Assembly (NCBI RefSeq): GCF_018350175.1
Contig: NC_058368.1
Span: 137,890,001-137,954,000 of the forward strand
Length of the DNA: 64,000 nucleotides
Direction of reading: 5' to 3'
DNA from: Felis catus
Lineage: Eukaryota
The notes beneath the pieces were generated by a model. It was not told where the DNA came from and did not search any database. It saw nothing but the letters and a program-made list of their open reading frames with translations. Shown in pieces: positions 1-12,299 of this stretch. The stretch's first letter is position 1. Every line of letters starts with the position of its first letter. Both the position numbers and the translations under genes were made by a program.

Positions 1-2899
1 AAAAAAAAAAAAGGGTCCGAGGGTTTTTCACTGTGATTCTATTTAACTCTTCACAAACCCATGTGAACATAAACTCATTCCATGTAGGTCACAGTCTCAG
101 TTCACAGGACTATGAGCATTTTGTGATGCGCGCCTCCTCCCTTTAACTTCTTCTTCTCTTCACAGAGAAGAAATAGTGGCTGAGGATACCACTACTAGGT
201 GATCTATTAGTAAAAAGCCTTAAAAACTTGGGAGGAAACTCAAATTTATATTTATCTGCACGGAGGAGTTTGGCACTCCAAACCACATGGACACTTAATG
301 TGCTTTAGGTGTTTTGTGAGTAAACTGCCAAACTAGAAAGACACTGTCAATAACCAGACAACCTCTGTTTCGTTTACAGACTACCAAGTTTGAAAGAGTT
401 ATGTTAAATGAAAAAACTGAAAGAAAATTATCTTCCTACCCTTCCCTCCACCTTGCTGTTTTCCTGCTGCACTGGCTTGCTCCTCTTGCTCCACGAGTGT
501 CTGCTTATGTTACTGGACGCAACGTGGTGGCAGGAATTCTTTCATTTAACGTGGGAATAAAGGGATTTGCAATGAAGCAGGTGCTCAATAAATACTGCAG
601 ACTAATCCCACTTTACCAAGGCTTAGAGGTTAAAGAGATGATCAGTAGATACGCAACTAGAGAAAAGAAATAGAGCAAGAGACTAGAAGAGTGGATTTAA
701 AGCACTACTGGTTTGTTTATTTTAGAAGGGAGACAGTCATCTCTACAAATACACAACTGGCCGAAGAGAAAACACAAGGCCATCTCTTCTCATTATTTCC
801 AGAAAGGCTTAGGTAACAATTGATTTCACACATAGAGAGGGGATTTTGAAGAAAGAGGAGTTTTTACAGATAGCCAAAGATTTCTCTTAACTAATTTAAG
901 AATTTGGGTCTCCTCCAAAGTTTAGAAGTCTTACTTTTTATTTCCGGGAAGAATAAGGAGGTCGGAAAGAAGCCTTAGAGGAATCATCATTCTATACAAT
1001 CGTATAGGTTTTATGTTCTCCAAAATATGTTCCCATAAATGGTCTTATTGTAGTCTCACAACCTATCCCCAAGCTCCCCAAAACTACAAATGAGTGTAAA
1101 AATTGATCTAACATTTAGTTTCAAACTAGTCTTATTTATTCTGTTGTGGGATTTGGAGAATTTTTTGGTTTGTGTTCCCCCCCCCCCCCCACTTCATAGT
1201 CAATCATTAAAAAAAAAAATCTCATCATGGTCATTTTCATATATATGAAGCTTTGCATTAAAATGGCACAAAGTAGAAATAGAGAACCAAGTTGTTTTTC
1301 ATTCATAATAATACTTCATTGTTGACATTTCAGAAAATGTGTTGTGTCCTTTTATTCCTGAAAATCTCTGCCTTTTATTTATATTAATGGGAATTCCGAA
1401 ACAAGTGTATACAGAGGCTTCTGCTTTCGGCCATAACTAATATGTGCCACTGCTTTGTCTTTACTAGTCTGTTATTAATCAGTCAGTAGTTGCAAATAAG
1501 AGAGAACCCTCAATTTGTGCCTGGCTCCCTCTGGGACAGAGAGGGCCAGGCAAGGCCCCAGGGCCTCTGATCCACCACCTTGGGCCTGCCCAGAACCTCC
1601 CATGGTGCTCAACGGACTCACTGGGCCTATGGACACATTCCATATATAGCTTGCATTCTTAACACATTAGACAGATTCTCCTTTAACTGTAAGATCCTAA
1701 ATGCAGGGAAACACCCCATTGAAAAATCAAGTCAGTTTCAAAAAATAACAGAAAAATAATCTCCCAAACTGTCTCCTGATTTCAAATTCAGGGTCAGAAC
1801 TTTCCAGGTTCTCTAAATACTGTTTCTGATATTAACTGCCTGCTTTTATTCCTGAAATGGGATTTTGTTATCTTTTACAGTGTAAAATCTAAAAGAAGAA
1901 CTGTTTCTGGTTTTACAAAAATACTCCTCTAGAAAATCAATGTTACCTTCCATTAAGCACTGTCCCTTGAAAAGACCGCTATAGACACCGTCCTTTACAG
2001 TCTGCAGCTCACTGTTAGGTGCAATCCTTGCTCTGACTCCAGCTTGGATGTTCTCATAAGGGACAAAGCATTGGCCCCAACAACTGCCCGAGGAGGCTAG
2101 GGTTTAATAATGCTTCTGGTGGCACCTGGCAAGGATGCTCTGGCATCAAGAAAAAGATGTGATTCCAGCAGGTGGTCTGGAATTCCCTCCCCGCCTAAGC
2201 ATTTTAGGGAAACCTCTGGCCACGCAGTTCTGAGCTCCAGGTGGGATTGTCCCTCAGGAGGCTCCAATGCAGTGGATTAATTGTGCAAGGGCTAAAAGGA
2301 CTGGCTTAGCCCACATCATACACAGCTGTTCAAAGACAGAAAAATCTTCAAGAGTGTGTCTGGACAGAGGGGAGAGGGTACATTCTGAGAAAAGTGATTT
2401 TCTTTCTCATTAAATGTTTAATCAGTTGATCTGACTCTTACATATTCTTTTTTTTTTTTCCACTTAGAGACAATATGACCTTAAGTGTGGTTCTAAAGAC
2501 CTGCTTAGCAAAATTTCTGTCAGTGTGGCAGAATTTCAACCATTAGAAATTAGGGAGAAAAGCAGAGGAAATGGGCAAATAGTACAAAGGTGAAAAGGTG
2601 AGGTAGGTTTGTGTGTGTGTGTGTGATATTTTAAGGGAGATTGCTAATGCACAAAAGATTGGAAGAGTGCTATCATGTGGCACTAGGTAGAGGAAGCTGA
2701 CATTTCTGAAATAACTTGACTAGAGATTGCAAATGTATCTACATGAGGGGGCTGGGGTATCTCCTGAGTAGAGGAAGGAGGGAGGAGGATCTTGCAAGGA
2801 AGCAAAAAGTGAATAAAAAACAAATGGCTCTTCTACACAGTGACCTCTAAGGCAATTGCCCTGCCACAGTGGGTGTTTAATAAATCACAATGACAGCCA

Positions 2900-3075
2900 C
2901 AGAGTGGCAGTGTGATGTGAAGGGCATAAAATGGGATTTAAATACTGAAGTCCCAGTAGCTGTGACCTTGGGCAAGTCATTTCATATCTTTTCAACCTTA
3001 ATATCCTTATTTGTAAAATGAGATCAGTAATAATTCTTGTTGTCACTATTTCAGTGTGGTTGCGAGAAATATTAA
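2900..3075 (+). mobile_element. MIR SINE remnant
   Basis: tagctgtgaccttgggcaagtcattt...ccttatttgtaaaatgag. Confidence 0.65.
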
Positions 3076-3923
3076 TGAAAATCCTTTTTAAACGCTAATG
3101 TGTGCTGAGGGTAATGACTGGAATAGATGGGTGGTTCCTAAGGAACTGGTAATATCTGCTTCTTGATCTGATGCTGGTTGCAAGGGTATGTTTGCCTTGT
3201 GAAAAGTCATTGAGATTTGTGCATTTTTCTGTATGTGTACTGTACTTCCTAAAATGTTTACTTTTTAAAAGTGAGAATAGCTCAAAATGGCTTTTAAAGT
3301 CAGGATGATGATGATAAAGAGCAGGAAATTATAAGTGTGGGCCAGAAACTCAGAGGCTTTATCTCATTTCTCTTCTGAGCCATCTTATCACACCTGGAGG
3401 CTCAGAACTCAAAAAGGGGATTGATGATAATAATCCATTATTTTCTATGTGTGTTTACTTGTTACTGAATAGTGTTTTCCTGGTAAAGAAGCAAGAGGAA
3501 TGAACCAGGAAGCTTCCTGCGTGCCAGAGCGGTCAACAATAAAAAGAAAAGAGCCCAAGCTGTTCATGTCAAGGGAAAGATGTGATTAGAGAGATGTGAC
3601 ATGCAAAGAAATTATCTGAAAAGTGAATTCAGTTGGGAAAGTACAAGTCCCAAAGAGCCATGAGCAGCTGGTCATGATCAGATTCTCCATCTTCCTGTCA
3701 AATGTAATCGTATCCAAATTGGCAGGGTATTTATTGCTAAAGTCGAAGGGCCAGATTTTACACTAAACATATTTACACATTTACATTCGTGGCCCTATAA
3801 ACAGTCCACATTTCACTGGCCGTGACATCAAACACATTTACCAACAAAAAGCATATGCCTAATTACAAAATCATAGGGGAGAAGAGAGGCAAGTGGCAGC
3901 TGATGGGCAATGAGCGGTCATGC

Positions 3924-4009
3924 CTGTGTGTGTGTGTGTGCATGTGTGTGTGTGTGCATGTGTGTGTGTGTGCATGTGTGTGTGTGCGTGTGTGTGCGTG
4001 AGTGCGTGT
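3924..4009. repeat. Interrupted (TG)n microsatellite
   Basis: Direct inspection. Confidence 0.95.
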
Positions 4010-5519
4010 GGCCCAGCTGCAACACCAGGAAACAGGGAGAGACAGGAATGGATGCTGACAATGCCGGGCCCACTTTACTTATCCTCTGCTTCCCAGGCCA
4101 TTCCTTGTCTGGTTCAGTTCTAAAGGGGGCAGGGGATCCCTGGCACGCCAATGTGTCCTGCGGTCATCCCCTTGAAGGATCCCAGAGAGACCAGAGTGAC
4201 TGCTGGGCAGATTTCTGATTTGGATTGAGTTTGATGTAGATATGAACTTAAAGTTGTCCCCACATGACTTTTCTCAGTCAGTAATAAAAATAAGTGTGAG
4301 CAAAATGTGTAGCCAGCAGAAAAATTTTAAACGAAAACTAGAGTCGTTAACTCCTGGCTCTGGGTACTAAGATCTGATCCTTACTCATCTATAGCAGTTA
4401 TAATAACACAGTTAGCTGCTCCAAGCTTGGTCTTCGGTCAAGCAAGGAAATCAGAGCCACCAGGGCCAGAGAGAGAAAAACAAAACAGGCACAGCCGCTG
4501 GCCTCAGACAGCCTTTAATAAATGACACAGGCTGGTAGTCCATCAAAATAATCACCTTCCATCAGAAAAAACACCTCCCCCAGCTCTCTCAGAGGACAGG
4601 GTACAGGAAGGAATGGTGGGCTTTCAAAAAAAAAAATAATAAAACCTGAAAGGCTGAAGCTTTTCCCAAATGGATGCTTATTACATTCACTGTAAGAATT
4701 TTGATAGTAAATATACCCCAAATACAGTTCCACCAGCAGAAAGTTTGGGCAGGAAAGGCCCACTGAGTAGGGGACCAGGAAGGAGAGCTGAGCAAACATC
4801 CAGATGCCTCAGTGAGAGAAAATGGGAGAGGTTCTCATCATTTTTTCCTTCCCCTCCCCAGTTTCTTTTTCTTTTCTTAAGAGGAAAGGAAGTGGCTCTT
4901 AAATAAATGCACAGGATGCGGACGGAGAGGAAACATGTTGTTGAGCAGAAGCTCTAGCTTCTTATTTTAAAGAAATAAAATAATTACCCAATAGAGAAAA
5001 AAAGAAATCAACCAAGAAACGATCTAAGGTCATGACATCATGTGTGGTACAAGGAGCAATTCAATCCATAAGGGCTTCATTACCCGGGCAATAGATAACA
5101 TTTGGCTAAATCTAGCTGCAGAGTAAATCTCCGCAGCACAACAGAGCCCTGAATGGAGAGGCTCCTTTTTGTGTGGTCCTTCTCCGGGAGCTGCCTGAAC
5201 CATTAGCCCCAATATATCCCTCTCCCTATTAACTGCAATTCCCTCCCGACTGAGCTTCGGTCATTTGTCTCCAGGCTCTACGGGGGCGTTTGATGAGCAG
5301 AGAAACAAGGCGAAGGGGAGAAAAGCGTCGGGTTAATGAGTTGTAGCAAATCCACACTTTGTAGTTGGGAGGAGGAGAGCTGGTGGCCAATGTTTGTCCA
5401 ACCGGTTTATTTTTCGAGACCCAGCCTATTGAGGAAGGCTTGTTCAAGCAAGCTTCGTCCTTACAAACACACAAACATCCTTCTGTTTGCCTTCAAAGAA
5501 AAGAGGACCAGAGCTGGAT

Positions 5520-6290
5520 TTGCATGCGAATGAGGAGCCCCGGGAGGAGACGTCCTTGCCCATCAAAGGCCTCCGTAGCCCGGCAGCCCCTCGGCCTTTG
5601 TTCCAGCACCTGCTCGTCCACTCAGCCAACCGGGCGAGCCCCGCGTTCCCGGCCGCCCGGTAGTCCGCCACCGCTCACTCCCTGCCCGGCTCGCCGCCTT
5701 CGCTCCCCACTATCTCGTCCGTCTCCGGGCCAGCAACACCTACCGTGGAAGCCCAAACCCGGAAGGTGATGAGGCAAAACGCGACAGTGAGCAGGCCGGT
5801 TGAGCTTACTTTTTCTTAGGGCTCAGGGGCGCACCACAGGCTTGCGGTCTCTCTAGCTGGCTTGGGTGATGCGGGACCCCACCTCCAGACGCCAAAGGAG
5901 GCCAGCGCTGGATTGCACAGTGCCTTGTTACCATTCTCTTAAAAGCGCGGACAACCTGGGGGCGGGGGAGGGGGTAGAGTCCGCCCTGGCACTTTTTAGA
6001 GATGCGGGAATTTGAACAGAGAGAAGGAGTAGCTGGGATTCCCCGCTGTTCGGGACATCCAAGTATCATGCAAATAATAATAATACCCATGGCCCCGTTC
6101 TTTCACTCTCTCCTCATAATGACTTTCAGCTCTAAGTTTCAGATCTGTGACTTACAGAAGGCTGCGAGGCATGCGAGCGGTGCCTGGGCCGTCTGGGTTC
6201 CGCCTGCTAACTCGTCTCCACCCCGGGCAGCTGTGGCATCTGGACGTTCTCGGTTCCAAAGTCCTCTCTCTTAGCCGTGCTAGGGCAAAC
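5520..6290. promoter_or_regulatory. CpG island downstream of FOXD1
   Basis: CpG-rich block with GC boxes (gggcgg, ccgccc) in AT-rich flanks. Confidence 0.7.
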
Positions 6291-7562
6291 GTAACTTTTG
6301 TATATAAGATTTTGATCTAACAATATTTCAGTTTGTATCTATATACTTAGTAGTAAACTATGAGGGTATGCTTAAACTCTTATTTAATCTATTCCAAATA
6401 TTTGATAGGAAAAAACCCAGAACTTAATTTTTGAGGCTGTGAGAGTCCATTTTTTCCCCTCCCTAAAAGGGGACAAGAGGACAGGGCATCAAGAGTGAAT
6501 GTCACTGCAAAAACATTGGCCTATAAGTCAGTCTTGGTTAACTTGATTGGTTAGTTGTGCAGATCTTCAGGTATATACCTGTCCAGATTTTTTGAAAAAT
6601 AATTTAATAAGCATATTTAACCTCCTCTGCAACTCACTAATATTATTTAAATTACATATTACATATGCTTTACTTTTATTTGGAGCCCACAATAACATCT
6701 ATAGTCATCAAAACTAGAGACTCACGTTTTTTCAAAGACTAGAAATTGCCTGCAACAAGTAGTTACTGAAAACACTTAAAGTTTGAAAAAAGATAGCCTA
6801 AATCATGAAAATTGTATAAATACTTCAATAAACACCTGATACATTTTCATTTTTATTCTTAGTGTGTACTACCCTAAAATTGAAGATTTCTCTTACATAC
6901 CTTAAGTTACACATTTAAATTAGAATTTCAATGTTAAGTTTGCCTTTTAGAATAAAAATTTCTTTATTCAATTCCTGGAATCCCTTCTGTCAGGAGAGTG
7001 GTGGCTTTAAACCCTAGAGCTTTCAAATACAATTTATTTTATATGTGTAAATATTCAGGACTTCAAAGCTACTTAAGAGTTGATCGTCTCTAAACATTTT
7101 TAACTAAAAGTTACCTATTTGCTTGTGTTGCTTTCATTACAATATAATGTGTTGCAGAGATTTTACAGATATATGCAATATTGTGCTCAAAAGCGAGTGG
7201 AAATCAAAGGAAGTGGGAAACTGACAAATAAATTTAAAGTTCCATAAAATTATCTGAGGGTAACTGTGGCATTAATTTTAAATAGCCTCAATGCTCTTCA
7301 AAATGGAATGGAATGAGATTTGAAAATGTATACCAAAGTAACTTCTTCAACTTGTAATCACTTAGTAGTTTCTGGTTTCTTGCAATAGCTTTGACCTAGG
7401 AAGTATAACTGAAAAATCATGGCATGATGCTTTTGTTAAATTCTCTTTGAAAATAAAATGTCCTATTCTATATTGGGTTCCTACATAACTCCTATAGAAA
7501 TTTCCTTAACAAAAGAGAAAATAAACTAAGCAGGGGACGACTGAAGCCAACTTTTTGGTGGA

Positions 7563-8298
7563 TTTTCTTTGAAAATTAAGCATTTTATTTCTGAAAAAGT
7601 GTAAAAATCTTACATTAGAATAGTACAATAATTGCCAGTAAAATTTACAATACTCCTTGTAAAGAATACGCAGTAAGTACAAAATAAAAAATCCGCATGT
7701 CTATTATGATACAAAACACAGGTTAAAATAAGAAATGATAATTTTGACTTTTTTTCCTTGTGTAAACATGTTAATCATTTTTTTCCTTTTCATGAAAAAG
7801 TACACCAGACAAGTGTCCTCAAATAAAAACTATTGCTTCGCTGGCACTCTTCAGGACCTTTACTGTTTGTGTATCATTCTTTTGAACATTACTGATATTT
7901 TTAACGCCTGGACCTGAGAATCTCTAGACCTCAAAAAGGCTTAGATTTTTTAGAAAAACGTTTCCCACAAGTCAAGGAAGCCCCTTGTGCCTAGGCCAAG
8001 GGAGTGCCCCCACCAGTACCCTCTTCCTCCGCACCCCGGGTCGGGGCCTGCAGCATAGGGCGACTTTGCATAAATAGAGGGACCCACAGACCCCAAAAGC
8101 GCGTCCCCGCTGCTGCCAAACTCAGTCTTGTCTGAGAGTCCCAAGCGGCGAAAATGGGGGCGCGAGGTCGGGAGGGGCCGCGCCGGGAGAAGTGTACCAA
8201 ACGCCAAACCAGCAAGATGAAAGAAAAAAAGAAAAAAAAAAAAAAAAAAAAGCCGGGATTCCTACCTTCTCTTTCCCAAGCGCGCTAACATAGCGTTA
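7563..8298 (-). other. FOXD1: FOXD1 3' UTR
   Basis: AU-rich region from the stop codon to ~20 nt past an AATAAA (plus-strand tttatt 7584-7589); the end is inferred. Confidence 0.75.
7584..7589 (-). terminator. FOXD1: FOXD1 polyadenylation signal AATAAA
   Basis: Minus strand reads ...TTTTTCAGAAATAAAATGCTTAATTTTCAAAG, ~710 nt after the stop. Confidence 0.75.
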
Positions 8299-8469
8299 TT
8301 AACAATTTGAAATCCTAGCAGTAAAGTTCTCGACACTGGACAGGGCAGTCCCTTGGTGCAGAGTCCCCAGCGCGGCGGACGAGGAGACCGAGGAGGCGGC
8401 GGCGGCCGCGGCGGCCACGAGGGAGCGGGTGAGCGCGGCGGCCGGGCCTACGGCCGCCTGAGACGCGCA

Positions 8470-8504
<35 letters not shown>

Positions 8505-9741
8505 ATCCCGGCGCGGGCGCGGACGGGGTCCCCGCAGAGGGTGAAGGCGAGGCCTGCACGGCGACGGCTGCTTGCGCGGCGGCGGCGGCGGCGGCCGGGC
8601 CCAGGCTGCCTCCGATGATGCTCTCGATGGAGAAGGGCGAGCGCGCCAGCGCCGAGGCGCCCGGGCCGCCGGCCTTGGCAGCCGAGGCCTGCAGGGGGGC
8701 GGGCAGGGCGGCGCCGAGCGGGTGCGGCCGGTAGCCGAAGGCGGTCCGGGCCAGCTCCGCGGCCGCGCCGTGCGGCGGCGGGGGCGGCGGGGGCGGCGGG
8801 GGCGAGTGCGGGTGGAAGGCGGCGGCGGCGGCGGCAGCCGCGGCGGCGGCGAAGAGGGCCGAGGGCGGCGCGTAGGGCGGCAGCTGCAGGCCGTAGCCGC
8901 AGCCGTAGGGGCCGTAGCCGTAGGCGTGCGGGGGCGGCGGGGGCGCGGGCGGGAAGAGCGCCGCGGCCGCCGCGGGGTCGCCCGCGCCCGCCGCGCCCCC
9001 TGCGCTGCGCAGCAGCAGCGACTCGGCGGCCGCGGCGTTGGGCGGGAGCAGCGGCTGCCGCTTGAAGCGCTTCCTCCGGCGCAGGAAGCTGCCGTTGTCG
9101 AACATGTCGGCGGACTCGGGGTCCAGCGTCCAGTAGTTGCCTTTGCCGGGGTTGCCGGGCTCGCGGGGGATCTTGACGAAGCAGTCGTTGAGCGAGAGGT
9201 TGTGGCGGATGCTGTTCTGCCAGGCGGGGAACTTCTCCCGGTAGTAGGGGAAGCGGCCGCTGATGAACTCGCAGATCTCGCTCAGCGTCAGCCGCTTCTT
9301 GGGGCTCTGCAGGATGGCCATGGTGATGAGCGCGATGTACGAGTAGGGCGGCTTCACCAGGGGGTTCTTGGCGCCGCCGCCCGCGGTCCCGCCGCCGCCG
9401 CCGCCGCCGCCCGCGCCCGAGCCCGCGCCGCCGCCCCCGCCGGCCCCGGCCCCCGCCACTGGGGCTGGGCCCGGGGGCGCCGGGGAGGCCACTGAGCGCG
9501 GGGCCAGCAGGATGTCATCGTCGTCGTCGTCGTCCTCCTCCAGGTCCTCCAGCTCGTCCTCTCCGGCGTAGGAGCGCCGCCGCCGCCGCCGCTGCGCGGG
9601 GACCGCCAGGCGGGACACGCCGCCGCTGCCCTCGTCGTCGTCCTCTTCCTCGTCGTCTTCGTCCTCGCCCTCCCCTACCACGTCGATGTCTGTCTCCTCC
9701 GCGAGGCCGGAGGCATCGGACATCTCCGTGCTCAGGGTCAT
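8299..9741 (-). CDS. FOXD1: Forkhead box protein D1, single exon, 480 aa
   Basis: Starts [22 protein letters not shown], acidic tract, forkhead domain [79 protein letters not shown], eh1 motif FSIESII, ends [13 protein letters not shown] at 9741, TAA at 8299-8301. Confidence 0.98.
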
Positions 9742-9773
9742 AGCTGTAGCGCGGCGGCGGCGAGGCGGCGCAT
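9738..9773 (-). other. Upstream [14 protein letters not shown] in the FOXD1 leader; its TGA overlaps the main ATG
   Basis: ATG CGC CGC CTC GCC GCC GCC GCG CTA CAG CTA TGA; TGA 9738-9740 overlaps FOXD1 ATG 9739-9741. Translation is not demonstrated. Confidence 0.6.
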
Positions 9774-10177
9774 AGGGGCGCCGGGCTCCGGGCTCCCGCC
9801 GCGCCCCAGCCCGGGTCCCGGGCGGCGGGCCCGGCACGGGGGCGCCACGCTGGGGGCGCCGCCGCCGCTGGAGCTGCGCGGGAGCTGCCGGGCTGCGGCA
9901 GAGGCTTTTTGCGCCGCGACTTTGTAACTCCTGCGCCGCCGCGAGAGCCGCAAGGTCTCTGCACTCGCTGGACTCCGCGCGCACCGGTCCCAGGCGGGGG
10001 GACTTGACCTTCCCCTTGCGGAGCGGGGCCTCGCACGATCAGTGAGGAGGGGGTGGCGAGGCCCCGGGCGAGCAAGTCAGAGTGTCGGGCGCCCGGGACG
10101 GTGCGGGACGGGTGAGAGTCTAGGGACCGAGCTCGGCGAGGCGAGGGCTGAGTCCAGGAGAGGGCGGACCTTTCCTC

Positions 10178-10216
10178 GGCTTATAGCAGGAGGCCTGTCA
10201 CATGGTGTGCACGTCA
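10178..10216 (-). promoter_or_regulatory. FOXD1: FOXD1 core promoter: TATA-like CTATAAGCC and CRE-like TGACGTGC
   Basis: Plus-strand ggcttatag 10178-10186 and gcacgtca 10209-10216, at the upstream edge of the CpG island; implies a TSS near 10150. Confidence 0.6.
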
Positions 10217-12299
10217 GAGCGCTACCGAGGGAAGGGAAAGAAAGCCTAGGAAATCAGCCCTGCTCGGGAGAGAAAGTTTGCCCGTAGGAGGGAGCAGCAA
10301 CTGAGAACATGGGGGGAGGAGAGAGGACCCCACCACTCTTTACTACTCCTTGTCAAAGGGGTTGGGACCCGAATTACGTGCTGGCCCGCGGTGCTCTGGA
10401 CCTAGGGCCACTGCACGAGTTGGAATTCCCAGGCTCCTTCCCTTCAATGAGCCCTCAATCCTAACTTCACAAGCACTCCCGTGACGCGACAGTTTGACCA
10501 GTCAGATGGCCTGTAGGAGACGTCCAGCCCAGAGGTAACTCCCCTCCCCCAATCGTCCGAGGTGGTCCCTGGGGAATGGCTCTGAGCTCTGTTGGGTTGT
10601 CCCATCTCCCCCAGATTGGGCCAGCAGCTCCCCCATCGAATCTGTAGAGCAACCCCCCCCCCCCCCAGTTTAAGCACAATAATAATTGTTTACTGACCTT
10701 TTAACCTGTCCCCTTCGGTTCTTCTCCAAAGACGTTTGTTTTCCGCCATCTGTTAATAAAAATGTGGTTAGGCTGGCGTTTTAGTCACTTATCTGCAACT
10801 GAATGCCCTAGAAACTTGACAGCTAAACTAAGCCCCTCTAATGAGAGGATCTGACAAATTTCATGGGAATAAAGAAAGTAATCATTGAATACAGAAAAGA
10901 AATAGAAAATGTTAGTGAAAAACAAAATACATTTTTAAAAACTGCACCCTAGGAGCGACTCATAAAAAGCTCTTTCATAATGCGTAAGGGACTCTATAGT
11001 TCTTAGTAAGAGGAACATTCTAATCAACACTTCACAGTAATCTCAAAATACTTAAATAACTACAACATATACACATACTCAGGCTTAATAGGAACTATAT
11101 TAATTAAAACTTTCAAACCAGCTTTAGAAATGTTTTTGGAAAATCTGAATATTTCCAATAGCTACTGGTGAAAAAGAAACGAAATAATATTTTAAAATAA
11201 GATGCAAGTTCTTTTCAATCCAATTTTCCTTTTCAGGTCACAAGGTAGTGGAAATAATTTAAATATGACATTATTTTGAGTATTCCCATCTTTGTCATCA
11301 ACTCTAATCATTGTGGCTGGTGTAAGAATCCCAATAGCTTGTGGAATTCACACTCACATAGCCATACTTTTTCGATATTTGCATTTCCTAAAACACTTCT
11401 ATTTCAAAGTAGGGACCTGCCTCCAAATTACAGCTTTCTGATTAAAATAACCACTTGACAAAAACTATCAAAAATCAATGGCTTTTTGTAGGAACACTCA
11501 TCAGCTACCTTTGTGTATATCATTTTATCCACCAGGTTTTTCACATTTTCAAACGTTTTATTACTCCCCTTATCCATCACAGAGTCTCAAAAATAAACTG
11601 TCCCCCCACCTAAGACTTATTTTAAAATCGAGTTTTTGTTGCCTAGGAGAGCTAACCACCAGTTACACTTACAAATGACCCATAAAGTCCATCATAGATC
11701 TTTGACAGATCTACGAGAACGCCTCAAATTGTAAATAAATTATTTTCCATTGAGTCTCGTTTGAAAAATGACTGAACCATTTAATTATTGTAAGGCGCTC
11801 AGCATTAACCTGAGCCAACATTAATCAGCACTATTAATCAGGCATCACATTGCTTTGTTGATGTAGCCAGGATTCCTTACCAAGGCGTTCACTTTCACAT
11901 TAGGAAGTTTAAGTTTTATAAGTACCCAGTCAATAGCTAAATAAACACCATGAGTTGCACTAGACTGAGGATTGGTGTGTGGCGAGGTATTTGAAGGTAA
12001 AACGGAGGGGAGGAATTTGTTCGCAGACCATTAGTTACTTTAGGTGATCAGCCCCCATTCCCCTACCCTGAACTTGTCTGGCCAAGGAGGGCGCTGAGAT
12101 TGACTTTGCGTTCCGTTTGTAACTTTGTCCAAAGCTCCCACCCCGAATGGTTAAAGGGATCTTCCCTGGAAACGTTTGAAAAACGTGGCAAATTATCTTC
12201 TGGCCACTCAAGGATAAGTGTTAGGATTTAGAGAAGGTCAGAGCTGAAGATCAACCCAGGAGGAGTGCTGCGGGGACAGTGTTAACAGAGATTTGGGTG

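Larger units (their letters stand above)
8000..10400. promoter_or_regulatory. CpG island covering FOXD1
   Basis: Very GC- and CpG-dense across the promoter and the whole CDS. Confidence 0.9.

Noticed and set aside
8572..9495. 307-aa antisense ORF over FOXD1
   Set aside because: TTG start, low-complexity Gly/Arg/Ala; an expected shadow of a GC-rich CDS.
8299..9984. 561-aa ORF as the FOXD1 product
   Set aside because: It starts at a GTG; the recognisable FOXD1 N-terminus MTLSTEMSD begins at ATG 9741.
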